The notes under the pieces are model-generated. The model was not told the origin of the DNA. It worked only from the letters and a program-made list of their open reading frames with translations, and searched no databases. Below are positions 1 to 9,480 of a DNA stretch of 48,296 bases, in pieces. The position numbers and the translations under genes are program-made. The DNA lies in assembly GCA_026396275.1 (NCBI GenBank), contig JAPLXC010000011.1:1-48296 (forward strand), written 5' to 3'. Numbering within the stretch: the first letter of the stretch is position 1; each line of letters opens with the position of its first letter. The DNA comes from Candidatus Moraniibacteriota bacterium (GTDB lineage Bacteria > Patescibacteriota > Minisyncoccia > Moranbacterales > JAPLXC01).

Positions 1-639
1 TATATCAGAATCATTGATAAAATCTTCCACATTTTCCACGGAATTATTTGGAAGGCCTACATGAGTTACTTCAATGCCTAACTCTTTACATGCTGATTCA
101 ATTATTTCCTTGGTGTTTTTCCTATAATGATTGCTTACTACTAATAATTTTTTTGGAAATAAATTAACTTCCTTTTTTGGGAAAAATTTATTTGTATCTA
201 TAAAACTGCGTACTATTTTAATCTGATCTTTGCTTATACCGTATTTTTTAGTTAGGTGATCCTTTGCTTCATTGCTCACTACGAGATATTTAAATATATT
301 CAAAATATTCAAATTTTCAGTTGGTGGTTGCTCCAAATCCGGCAGTATGCCATGAGACATAAATACCATGGGAGTATTTGGAAAAACAGAGCGAGCCATC
401 ATTGCTGTTGTATTGTGTTGCGCATGGATAATATCAATATTTTCATTCACAAAATCAGATAGATTGTTTGTAACTGGTATCCCCCCCGATCTCTCTATTT
501 CCTCTGAAACCTTTCCTAAGATGTTGGAAAATACAAAGACATCATGACCACGTTTTTTAAATTCCATTACTAAGTCAAATGTAAAAAGCTCCGAACCTGC
601 TCTATTTTTAAGATGATGAGTTGTAATTAAAATTTTCAT
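1..639 (-). CDS. GT4-like glycosyltransferase, partial (runs off window start; absent from ORF track)
   Basis: Manual translation from ATG 639: MKILITTHHLKNRAGSELFTFDLVMEFKKRGHDVFVFS...DIIHAQH...FMSHG; open frame to base 1; ATG abuts the stop of the upstream gene. Confidence 0.8.
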   Translation of the reverse strand, partial: MKILITTHHLKNRAGSELFTFDLVMEFKKRGHDVFVFSNILGKVSEEIERSGGIPVTNNLSDFVNENIDIIHAQHNTTAMMARSVFPNTPMVFMSHGILPDLEQPPTENLNILNIFKYLVVSNEAKDHLTKKYGISKDQIKIVRSFIDTNKFFPKKEVNLFPKKLLVVSNHYRKNTKEIIESACKELGIEVTHVGLPNNSVENVEDFINDSDI

Positions 640-1266
640 TTATTTTCTTGCAATTATAAAATATTCGTGGCTTATTTTATTATTAAATTCCTTTTCATAG
701 TTTGGCAAATTTCCTTCGATTATTCTGCAAGAAGAAAATATGCACCCATAATTATCAACTTCTTCACGCTTAAATTTATGCAAGAAATTATTTTCCTGAT
801 AGTAATCACTTTCAAATCTGGGAAAATTAATGATTGCCACACCACCTTTTTTTAATAATAGATGGATATGACTTATTATTAATTGACGATGATCCGCATC
901 GTTATGTTGCAAAACCATTAGTGAATAAACGAGATCTGCAAATTCTATATTCTTGAATTGATCAATAGTATAAAATTCGACGTTTTCTTCCTTTACGTAA
1001 TCCCTTGCCTTCACTACAAAATCGGGATTGATGTCCAATCCTATAAATTTTTTCGTTCGGGGAGCTACATATTTTGCAACCCGCCCAATGCCACAGCCGT
1101 AATCAACCACTACACTACTTTTATCATAGAAATAAAAAAGTCGTTGGGCTTCTGCGTAACCTTCCTTGTCGAAATCAGCAAAATTATTTCTCGGTAGTAT
1201 ATAATCTCGCCAATTTTCAAGATTTGAAATTTTCGACCAAAATTCTTTTGGATTCTTTACTGACAT
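640..1266 (-). CDS. Class I SAM-dependent methyltransferase
   Basis: Motif I VVDYGCGIGR, acidic GLDIN, post-II LVYSLMVLQH. Confidence 0.85.
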   Translation of the reverse strand: MSVKNPKEFWSKISNLENWRDYILPRNNFADFDKEGYAEAQRLFYFYDKSSVVVDYGCGIGRVAKYVAPRTKKFIGLDINPDFVVKARDYVKEENVEFYTIDQFKNIEFADLVYSLMVLQHNDADHRQLIISHIHLLLKKGGVAIINFPRFESDYYQENNFLHKFKREEVDNYGCIFSSCRIIEGNLPNYEKEFNNKISHEYFIIARK

Positions 1267-1270
1267 ATCA

Positions 1271-2842
1271 TTATCTATTTGTTATCCTAACAAGAATATT
1301 TAAGCAATCTTTTAAATCTATAAATTTAACTTTCATATTTTCGAATAATTGAGTAAAATCAAATCTAGTAAAATTCCGAACGTGATAAGGATCTTCTTCA
1401 TAATCATAGTCAGGAACTGATATTAATAATTGACCGTCTTTTTTCATTACTCTTTTACATTCGTAAATTCCTTTCATCAAATTAGGAATATGTTCTAAAA
1501 CTTCAGTTACCATAATAGTATCGAAACTTTCATTGGGAAATGGAATTTTCTCTATTCTTCCTACTTTAAATTCAACATCGGGCTGCCTTTTTTTCGCTTC
1601 TATAATATAATCTTTTGATATGTCTATCCCAACCAATCTTTTTACTTCTGGATTTTTTCTTGCATGTAATAAATATCCGCCTTTTTGAGTGCCCACATCT
1701 AAGACATCTCCCCTACAAAGCGCAACCGTTTTGCGCATTCTTTCTCTTATGTTCCATTTGACATTAGTATCAGGTAAACTTGGATCGAATAATCGTTCTT
1801 GAGCTTTTGGCAAAGCATTATGTAAGTTATCATAAAGAGCAATATATTTCTCTTCATTTGTTATAAAGCTTGCTTTTCTTTCTCCCTTTATTTTATTCAC
1901 AATAAATCGCGCGCGATCATAATAACTATGAACTAAATGTGTTTTTTTTCTTCCGTTTTCAGTAATACGAATTCTTTCTTTTTCGTTTTTTAAGTAATGT
2001 TTTATTTTCTTAATCATGTCTTCATTATTATTATAAGTCACGATTTCTTTTCCTGGTTCAAATAATTCATCAATAAATGGAACTTTTCTAGTTATTAATA
2101 AACATCCGCAAGCGGTAGCTTCAAACATCCTCATCGTAATTTCATTTTGCTGGCTGTCGTTTACGACAATTTTGCACCGATTATAGAATCTAGCTAAATT
2201 TTCGAAAAACAAATTGTCCTTCTCTGCCATTACAAAATTAAAATTATTTTCATCTGACGATAGTTTATTCAAAAATTCTTTTCTTACTGGAGTATCGTAC
2301 CTCTTTCCAACAAATCCGACATTGACATCTCTTACGATCCCGTCATAAAGCTTAAAAACATTTGTATCAACTCCCGATGGCAAGTAAAAAGAGTTTCTTC
2401 TATCTTTAAACCACTTGTCACATATTTTTTGACTATAAAAAAGAAAATCAGCTTTTGAATCAAGAGCTCTCCTTAGTGTTACTCTATTCTCTTGATTTAT
2501 CTTTTTTAATGAATAAGGGTCAACTTCTCCGATATCATTCGCATAACAAATACTCACTCCTGTTTCGCTGGGTTCATATCCTAAATTAATTAAATTTCTT
2601 TCCAATTGTTTAGTAATACCATACCAAGTTATTGAGCTATCAATAAATTTAAACTTTTCAAAATTTTTATTAACCATATTTTTCTCTAATTCTTTATAGT
2701 TTTCACGCTTACTGAAGTATTTTCTGCCATACTTTGCATGAAAATAAAAATTTTTTGCAAATTCCTTTATTCTTTTATTTTTCAGGATATTAAAACTTTT
2801 ATGAAATAATTCCTGAATACTTCTGACTTTTAATTTATTCAT
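1271..2842 (-). CDS. Glycosyltransferase (CgeB/GT1_2-like) fused to C-terminal class I methyltransferase
   Basis: GVDTNVF, MRMFEATACGCLLIT, EIVTY in N-terminal part; VLDVGTQKG, GIDIS, IPFPNESFD, EVLEH in C-terminal part. Confidence 0.8.
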   Translation of the reverse strand: MNKLKVRSIQELFHKSFNILKNKRIKEFAKNFYFHAKYGRKYFSKRENYKELEKNMVNKNFEKFKFIDSSITWYGITKQLERNLINLGYEPSETGVSICYANDIGEVDPYSLKKINQENRVTLRRALDSKADFLFYSQKICDKWFKDRRNSFYLPSGVDTNVFKLYDGIVRDVNVGFVGKRYDTPVRKEFLNKLSSDENNFNFVMAEKDNLFFENLARFYNRCKIVVNDSQQNEITMRMFEATACGCLLITRKVPFIDELFEPGKEIVTYNNNEDMIKKIKHYLKNEKERIRITENGRKKTHLVHSYYDRARFIVNKIKGERKASFITNEEKYIALYDNLHNALPKAQERLFDPSLPDTNVKWNIRERMRKTVALCRGDVLDVGTQKGGYLLHARKNPEVKRLVGIDISKDYIIEAKKRQPDVEFKVGRIEKIPFPNESFDTIMVTEVLEHIPNLMKGIYECKRVMKKDGQLLISVPDYDYEEDPYHVRNFTRFDFTQLFENMKVKFIDLKDCLNILVRITNR

Positions 2843-2872
2843 TTTTAAGAAATTTTTTTAATCATTTTATGC

Positions 2873-4117
2873 TTATAAGTGTTTCCATTCGTGCTCAGCA
2901 TAAAAAATTCCATTTCTTCGATTTTCTGGCACAACCTGAAAATAATATTCTTCTTCTCTGCTGTCATAATAATCTAGCATTCTTTTTTCAATTGGATCTC
3001 CAATAAATAAGTTGGATGCTAGATAAAAATCGCCTCTATTCAAACTAATTTCAGGAAAAACAATCTGAATAACATTTTTCCCTTCTTTCCACGAATGATT
3101 ATACTCATCAAAGTATGTATTATTTGCACAAACAAGTAAATTTTTATTTTTTTCTATTATTGCTAACCCGACATGCAACCTTTCGTTGAAATTTTTAATT
3201 TGCAATTCTATTTGGGCTATAACCTTATCCCCTCTTTTAAAAACATTATTCTCAAGTTCATCTTTATTTAGTAATTTTATTGATAAAATTCTATCACTTT
3301 TTATTTCCTTTTCTACTTTTTTTTCTTTTTTATTTTTTTCCTTTTTTTCATTTTCCTTTTTACCTTCTGCATCTTCTGTATCTGCCATCAAATTCCGATA
3401 GTAGTCCATAATAACATTCTCTGGTTTTCCAATATCTATAATTTTTCCATTATCTAACAAAATTACTTTATCGCAGAACTCTCCAATAGTTTCCATACTG
3501 TGAGAAACTAAAAAAATTGTTTTCCCTTCTTTTTTAAATTGTCTAAATATATCAAGGCATTTTTTTTGAAAATTAAAATCTCCAACTGCCAGCGCTTCGT
3601 CCATTAAAAGAATATCTCGATTGGCATGAATCGCAACGGAAAAAGCAAGGCGTACTTGCATTCCGGAGGAATAGTTTCTAAGCTTCTGGTCAATAAATCT
3701 CTCCAGTTCTGAAAAAGCTACAATTTCATCAAATTTTTTTTCAATCTGCCGACGGGAAAGTCCTAAAACAGTGGCATTGAGATAAATGTTATCGCGGCCG
3801 GAGAGTTCCGGGTTAAAACCGATTCCCAATTCCAGAAAGGGCGAGATTCTGCCATTGATTTCAACTTTTCCGTTGTCCGACTGGTAAATGCCGGCTAAAA
3901 TTTTTAAAAGCGTGGATTTGCCCGATCCATTGCGGCCGATAATCCCGAAAAATTCCCCTTTCTTAACTTCAAATGAAACATTATCCAGCGCCTTGAATTC
4001 CTCATAGGTCTTTTTATTGAACATATTAACAAAAGCTCCCCGCATGGTGTTGATTTTTTCATGAGGAATCCTAAAGGTCTTAGAGACGTTTTCTACCTTT
4101 ATAGCAATTTCATTCAT
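2873..4117 (-). CDS. wzt: Polysaccharide ABC exporter ATP-binding subunit with C-terminal Wzt_C-like domain
   Basis: Walker A GRNGSGKST, YSSGMQVRLAF signature, LLMDEALAVGD; ~170 aa C-terminal extension; adjacent to wzm. Confidence 0.92.
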   Translation of the reverse strand: MNEIAIKVENVSKTFRIPHEKINTMRGAFVNMFNKKTYEEFKALDNVSFEVKKGEFFGIIGRNGSGKSTLLKILAGIYQSDNGKVEINGRISPFLELGIGFNPELSGRDNIYLNATVLGLSRRQIEKKFDEIVAFSELERFIDQKLRNYSSGMQVRLAFSVAIHANRDILLMDEALAVGDFNFQKKCLDIFRQFKKEGKTIFLVSHSMETIGEFCDKVILLDNGKIIDIGKPENVIMDYYRNLMADTEDAEGKKENEKKEKNKKEKKVEKEIKSDRILSIKLLNKDELENNVFKRGDKVIAQIELQIKNFNERLHVGLAIIEKNKNLLVCANNTYFDEYNHSWKEGKNVIQIVFPEISLNRGDFYLASNLFIGDPIEKRMLDYYDSREEEYYFQVVPENRRNGIFYAEHEWKHL

Positions 4118-4118
4118 T

Positions 4119-4146
4119 TGTTATATGTTACATGTTTCATGTTATA
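4119..4146. repeat. Four 7-bp units TGTTATA/TGTTACA/TGTTTCA/TGTTATA filling the wzm-wzt spacer
   Basis: Read directly from sequence. Confidence 0.9.
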
Positions 4147-4150
4147 TGAC

Positions 4151-4924
4151 CTATATTTCTTCCGCAATTCCTGGCACCGTTTTTTTATACACAAAAATTC
4201 CCGAAGCAAAAAACAGTAAAGTCGCTAGAATAAAAATGCCGGTCTGCCACAATTCCGGAAAGTGGTTATCAATAAGCGCTTCTTTAGTAAAATGGATGAT
4301 AAACGCTATGGGGCTTATGAGAATAATCTGCTGGACGTATTCCGGAAGCCGCTGGAGGGGATAGATTATTGGCGTGGCGTAAAAAAGTATCATAGTGAGA
4401 ACTCCCCAGATCATCAGAAGATCCCGGAATTTCACGTAAAGAGGCGCGGTAAAAAAAGAAAAGGCGAGAATTATGACATAAGTAAGGATGGAAAAAAACA
4501 GAAACAGAAGAATTGCCTCAAAACTTGGCGTGAATTGCTTCCAGATGAAAAATAACACGATAACGATAAGATTCATAATGAATATCATAGCCGAGTTGAT
4601 AGTGGAAGCCGCAATTATCGTCCAGCGGGGAACATAAATTTTAGTGACTAGCGACGACTTGGAAATCAAAGAGGCCATTCCCGCTTTGGTTCCTTCCGAG
4701 AAAAAATTAAAAAGGATTATGGCCACCAGAAGCTGGAGGGCATAATGCTTGATTCCGGAGCCGCGGGCGAAGATGGAAGAAAAAACAAAATTAAGAATGG
4801 TAAACACCAAAAGTGGATTCAAAATCGCCCACACATAGCCCAGAACCGAACCCTGATAGCGAAGCTTGAAATCGGTCTTGGCTAAAGCCCAAATTAGTTC
4901 TTTATAATTCTCATGGTGTGTCAT
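4151..4924 (-). CDS. wzm: Polysaccharide ABC exporter permease (start revised to ATG 4924)
   Basis: LAKTDFKLRYQGSVLGYVWAILNPL signature, six hydrophobic segments; TGCTATAAT 9 nt upstream of ATG 4924. Confidence 0.92.
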   Translation of the reverse strand: MTHHENYKELIWALAKTDFKLRYQGSVLGYVWAILNPLLVFTILNFVFSSIFARGSGIKHYALQLLVAIILFNFFSEGTKAGMASLISKSSLVTKIYVPRWTIIAASTINSAMIFIMNLIVIVLFFIWKQFTPSFEAILLFLFFSILTYVIILAFSFFTAPLYVKFRDLLMIWGVLTMILFYATPIIYPLQRLPEYVQQIILISPIAFIIHFTKEALIDNHFPELWQTGIFILATLLFFASGIFVYKKTVPGIAEEI

Positions 4925-5037
4925 ACTTCTGTAATTATAGCAACTTCTTGGCGAAATTAAAACATCAAAATTACCCTGATCAAAGCCATTATTTTTCTTG
5001 ATACAATACCGCAAAAATATGGCTTACTTAAGGCCCA

Positions 5038-5266
5038 ATTCCGGATATAACAATGAAAGAAAATTCAATCTAGATTGTAGTACTAAATGTAAAGACCACC
5101 TTTGGGGAGAAAGTAAAAAGTGAAATTTGCGTTTTGTTGGTTGTTCTTCGAAAAGGGGGAGACAATCAGCGGGTGCAGATGGACACTAGAGAGAGTGGAT
5201 ATAAGAGAACATTGATGAGGTGGTCTTTTAAATGGGTTTATGACCGGAGTTCAGCTCCGTTTTTTT
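5038..5266 (+). ncRNA. Candidate structured non-coding RNA (unassigned)
   Basis: 11-bp perfect long-range inverted repeat (5091-5101/5218-5228), internal G-U-rich hairpin, terminal hairpin plus T7; no ORF. Confidence 0.35.
5245..5266 (+). terminator. Intrinsic terminator-like hairpin
   Basis: CGGAG-TTCAG-CTCCG followed by seven T. Confidence 0.6.
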
Positions 5267-5273
5267 GTTGCCT

Positions 5274-5301
5274 TGCTACATGTTCCATGCTTCATGCTAC
5301 A
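5274..5301. repeat. Four 7-bp units TGCTACA/TGTTCCA/TGCTTCA/TGCTACA spanning the epimerase stop codon
   Basis: Read directly from sequence. Confidence 0.9.
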
Positions 5302-6248
5302 TGATAGTATTCCTTATACCAATCCACAAACTTCTCAATTCCCTCCTCTATCCTCGTTTTCGGCTTCCAGCCGAGTTTGCGGAGTTTTTTGACATCCGCC
5401 ACTGTCATCGGAACATCTCCGGGCTGGATGGGCAAAAATCTCTTTTTGGCTTTTTTCCCCACGGCTTTTTCAATTACCTCAATAAAACGGGTTAGTTTTT
5501 CCGGCTTGTCCGCTCCGATATTGACGATTTCGTAGCGAAAATTTTTGTCTAGCACCTTGATAGTCCCGTCAACAATATCATCAATATAAGTGAAGTCGCG
5601 CATCATTTTGCCGTAATTGTAAACGTCAATTGTCTTTCCTTCCAGTATATTTTTCGTAAACTTAAAATAGGCCATATCCGGCCGTCCCCAGGGTCCATAA
5701 ACGGTAAAAAAGCGAAGGCAGGTGATCCTAAGCCCGTATAAATGGCTGTAAACGTGCGCCAGGAGTTCGCCGGCTTTTTTGGTGGCAGCATAGGAAGAAA
5801 CGGGATTGTCCACTCTGTCGTCTTCCAAGAAAGGAACTTTTTTATTTCCGCCGTAGACCGAAGAAGAGGAAGCGAAAACAAAATTTTTAATTTTGTGCTT
5901 TACCGCCAGTTCCAGCAGATTAACCGTTCCCTTAATGTTTACTTCTTCGTAAAGAAGGGGTTTGAGAATTGAATAGCGCACTCCCGCCATCGCGGCCAGA
6001 TGGACCACTTTGTCGGGTCTTTCTTTTCTAAATACTTTCTCCAAAAAACCATAGTCCCGAATATCGCCTTTATAAAGATTGAATTTTTTCCCGGAAAGCA
6101 AGTTTTTTACCCGGTCGTGCTTAAGAGAAGGATCGTAATAATCATTAAAATTGTCGACTATCGCAACTTTGTCTCCTCTTTCAATTAGCTTTTTGGCCAG
6201 ATGGCAACCGATAAATCCAGCTCCTCCGGTGATTAAAATTTTTGCCAT
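5292..6248 (-). CDS. NAD-dependent nucleotide-sugar epimerase (UDP-glucuronate 4-epimerase-like SDR); start revised to ATG 6248
   Basis: ILITGGAGFIG, YAATKK catalytic motif, LRFFTVYGPWGRPDMA, QPGDV. Confidence 0.9.
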   Translation of the reverse strand: MAKILITGGAGFIGCHLAKKLIERGDKVAIVDNFNDYYDPSLKHDRVKNLLSGKKFNLYKGDIRDYGFLEKVFRKERPDKVVHLAAMAGVRYSILKPLLYEEVNIKGTVNLLELAVKHKIKNFVFASSSSVYGGNKKVPFLEDDRVDNPVSSYAATKKAGELLAHVYSHLYGLRITCLRFFTVYGPWGRPDMAYFKFTKNILEGKTIDVYNYGKMMRDFTYIDDIVDGTIKVLDKNFRYEIVNIGADKPEKLTRFIEVIEKAVGKKAKKRFLPIQPGDVPMTVADVKKLRKLGWKPKTRIEEGIEKFVDWYKEYYHVA

Positions 6249-6404
6249 TTTTGTCTTCGAGGAACGAGAAGCTACAAAAATGAGCATCCCGTACCAATTC
6301 TATTGGTTAAAATTTGCATTTTCACTAGCTAAGCCGCAGGCGATTCCGTGAGTATAAACTTAATAGTACTGAAATTTATATTCGGAATTTGGTGCGGGAC
6401 ATAA

Positions 6405-8417
6405 TTATTTGTCTAAAGCTATTTTTATCAGTGAGGCCTTAAATTTATTAAACCACTTATTTATCTCTTTATTTCTTACCTGTTTTATTTTTTTAATTAA
6501 CCTTCTTCTTTCAATCAGTTTTGGAAGATTTCTGCCAACGTCCCGCCAGCTTTTGAGCAACAATTTTATTATTCCCTCTCTTTCTCTTGTTTTTCGAAAT
6601 TCATAAATCTGGCCTTTTTGGATGAATATACCAAAAAAGGAAAAAATATAGTGGACAAAAAGAAATAAAAAGGCCTTAATTAAGATCCAAAAAGGCAAAT
6701 TTTTTACGATGTTATAATATTGATTTCTAACTATAAAGAAGGCCTTAAACGACGAGTAGCTTTTTCCTGTCGCGCTGTGGGCATGAAAGACCTTCGCCTC
6801 CGGGCAATAGTAGGATTTGAAGCCGGCCAGACGAAGCCGCCAGGCCAAATCTACGTCCTCCTGGTAGGAAAAATAGCTCTCGTCGAAAAATTCATTTTCG
6901 CTCAATTTGACTTTTTCTAGAGCATGGCGCGCAAAGAGACCGGCGCTGGCGCTTGAGCCGAAAATTTCTTCTTCTTTTTCATATTGGCCGATATCTTTCT
7001 CTTTTTGCCCCCGGTTTATGGCACTGGTGTCAAAATAAATTTCAATTCCGGTGCTATCAATCATTTGGGGGTTGAAAAAATTCATCACTTTCGGCTGGAT
7101 CGATCCGGCATCCGGGTGCCGCACGGCGCATTCGATCATTTTCTCAATGTAGCCAGGATCGACTCTGGTATCGTTGTTTAAAGTTACAATATAGTCAACA
7201 CTCGTGTCTTCAAAGGCCTTGTTAATCCCGATATTGTTCGCCTTGGCAAATCCCTGGTTTTCCGGCAAACTGATAATTTCAATTTCGGGAAAATTACTTT
7301 TAACAAATGATACCGAATCATCCGAAGAGCCATTGTCTACCAGAATAATTTTGAAATTTTTATAGGTCTGATGGCGAAGCGAGAAAAGACAATCGTTCAA
7401 ATATTCTTTTCCGTTCCAGTTGGCGATAATTACCGCCGCTTTTCCATCCGGCTTGTTTTCTTCTTTTCGGGCAATAGCGATAATCGTCTTGGTGAGATGG
7501 CTCTGGCTAGTCTGTTTTTTTCCTGCCACGATTATCATTCTGCCGGTTCCCAGCGGAGATAAAAAAATTCCGGTGATTTGTGCAAAAAAGAGTTTCATAA
7601 TGTATGGGAACATATTAAAAGTTTTGGCTCCTAAAATAAGAAAAGAATTGCTCCCGTGTTTTGAATAATATTGTAAACCCCTGATGATATCCGATGGAAC
7701 TACTTCGTTCAGTATCTTGATATTTTCGAAGCCAACCCGGAAGAGCAGCTTTTTTACACCCCTTTTTGTAAAATGAACTCTGTGCCTGGGCAGGTCAAAA
7801 CCACTGCAGAATTTTCCGAAAAATCTTGCTTCCCATGAATCGAAACGGGGAATTTTAATAAACAATAAACCTGAATCATCCAAACCGTTTTGAAAAATAT
7901 CGGTGAGACATTTATTAAAATCATTAATATGTTCCAATACATGACGGCCAACGATGATATTATACTTCTTATTATATTTTATGCCGGATGCAAAGCCATT
8001 CTGTAAATCAATATTAAAATTATTTTTTGCAAATTCTATCCCGCTTTTGCCCGGTTCTATTCCCTCAACAATGAATCCAATTTTTTTTGCTTCATTTAAA
8101 AATTCACCCCTGCCCGATCCGATCTCGAACAATGTAGAATTATTGTATGATGTATTTTTCAAAATAATTTTTAAATCACCCCGGTATTTTTTTGTCTGAA
8201 GAAATGCTGCAAATGATTTTTTGGGTTTGTAAGCTTCATATTCGTCAGGATAGTAAGATGACAGTTCTTCATCGGAAAGGAACGGAGTAGAAATACCGAT
8301 TTCACAGTCATTACAGTAAGCTATGCCGAAAGAGGGAGAATTTCCGTCAAGAATAAAATAATCTTTCCCGTCTTCGAACAGAATTTTACATTCATTTCTG
8401 CATATGGGGCATTTCAT
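6405..8417 (-). CDS. Methyltransferase (N-terminal Cys-rich zinc-binding part plus SAM domain) fused to GT2 glycosyltransferase; start revised to ATG 8417
   Basis: MKCPIC...C..C, LFEIGSGRG, HVLEH; then IIANWNG, ILVDNGSSD, LNNDT, YQEDVDL. Confidence 0.85.
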   Translation of the reverse strand: MKCPICRNECKILFEDGKDYFILDGNSPSFGIAYCNDCEIGISTPFLSDEELSSYYPDEYEAYKPKKSFAAFLQTKKYRGDLKIILKNTSYNNSTLFEIGSGRGEFLNEAKKIGFIVEGIEPGKSGIEFAKNNFNIDLQNGFASGIKYNKKYNIIVGRHVLEHINDFNKCLTDIFQNGLDDSGLLFIKIPRFDSWEARFFGKFCSGFDLPRHRVHFTKRGVKKLLFRVGFENIKILNEVVPSDIIRGLQYYSKHGSNSFLILGAKTFNMFPYIMKLFFAQITGIFLSPLGTGRMIIVAGKKQTSQSHLTKTIIAIARKEENKPDGKAAVIIANWNGKEYLNDCLFSLRHQTYKNFKIILVDNGSSDDSVSFVKSNFPEIEIISLPENQGFAKANNIGINKAFEDTSVDYIVTLNNDTRVDPGYIEKMIECAVRHPDAGSIQPKVMNFFNPQMIDSTGIEIYFDTSAINRGQKEKDIGQYEKEEEIFGSSASAGLFARHALEKVKLSENEFFDESYFSYQEDVDLAWRLRLAGFKSYYCPEAKVFHAHSATGKSYSSFKAFFIVRNQYYNIVKNLPFWILIKAFLFLFVHYIFSFFGIFIQKGQIYEFRKTREREGIIKLLLKSWRDVGRNLPKLIERRRLIKKIKQVRNKEINKWFNKFKASLIKIALDK

Positions 8418-8427
8418 AATTTCTGAT

Positions 8428-8709
8428 TTATAAAATTTGATATACCTCATTAATCCTTCTCCCTACTACATCCCACGATAAATTCTGCACAGTGCGTGCC
8501 ATTGCTTTTTTAAAAAAATAGAGCAGCTGACCGATGCTGCAGCCCAGATCCACAATTTTAGCACTTTTGGAAAGAGGAAGAAATTTCTCAAGATTTTTTC
8601 TGTAATAGCGGAAAAAGATCTCATAGCTTTCCTCTAAGTTTTCGACATCGTGAATCCGGCCGAAATAACTGCTGACATAAGGATCGAAAATTTTGCTCTT
8701 GTCTAGCAT
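8428..8709 (-). pseudogene. Chimeric remnant: methyltransferase N-terminus joined to a GT4-like C-terminal tail
   Basis: IVDLGCSIGQ motif I is followed directly by AMARTVQNLSWDVVGRRINEVY (GT4-type last helix); only 93 aa. Confidence 0.6.
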
Positions 8710-8714
8710 ATTTT

Positions 8715-9440
8715 TTAATATACTTTATCCTGCTTATTTTTTGACGCTATCACATAAAATCCGGTTTGCAGAAAAATGGGAATGCGACTCCAGGGAATAA
8801 ATTTCACAATGTATTTTATAAATCCGGGAAGTATTTTCAGCTTATAATCACTTAGCGGAATAATTTTAATAAATTTTATTTCATCAAATCCTTCTTTTAC
8901 CAGCTTGTTTTTCAATGACCATGAAAATTGCAATGAGGGGTGGTATTTTTTCCAGCCGAATCCCTTGTAGCGTATTGTTTCTATAATGCCGTTTGATAGT
9001 ATATTTGGCGTTTGAAATAAATAATGTCCTCCTGGTTTCAAAATTCTATTAATTTCTTTAAGATGTTTTCTGATGTCTGGCAAATGTTCCAGCACATCAA
9101 ATGAAAGACAGGCATCAAAATAATTATCATTAAACTTTAATGAATTTGCGTCCATTTGTTGAAGCTGCAAACGCGGAAATTTATTTTTGCCATAATTAAT
9201 GGCCGAATGGGATATATCTGTTCCGATGATATTTCTATAACCATGATTATATAAAAAATTACATAATTTTCCGACACCGCAACCAACCTCGAGAATAAAA
9301 TGTTCTTTTTTCAATAAATCAGTTTTATCTAAAAAAATTACCGCAAGATCTAAATCCCCAAAATCTTCTCTGCCATTCTGAAACGCGTTTATCCAGTATT
9401 CCGTGTAAAATTTTTCATAATCTAAAAGTTCATTTTTCAT
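8715..9440 (-). CDS. Class I SAM-dependent methyltransferase
   Basis: ILEVGCGVG, GTDIS, FDACLSFDVLEH. Confidence 0.88.
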   Translation of the reverse strand: MKNELLDYEKFYTEYWINAFQNGREDFGDLDLAVIFLDKTDLLKKEHFILEVGCGVGKLCNFLYNHGYRNIIGTDISHSAINYGKNKFPRLQLQQMDANSLKFNDNYFDACLSFDVLEHLPDIRKHLKEINRILKPGGHYLFQTPNILSNGIIETIRYKGFGWKKYHPSLQFSWSLKNKLVKEGFDEIKFIKIIPLSDYKLKILPGFIKYIVKFIPWSRIPIFLQTGFYVIASKNKQDKVY

Positions 9441-9480
9441 TCTGTATGAAATAGTTAGATATAGTAATTAATAAAACCTA

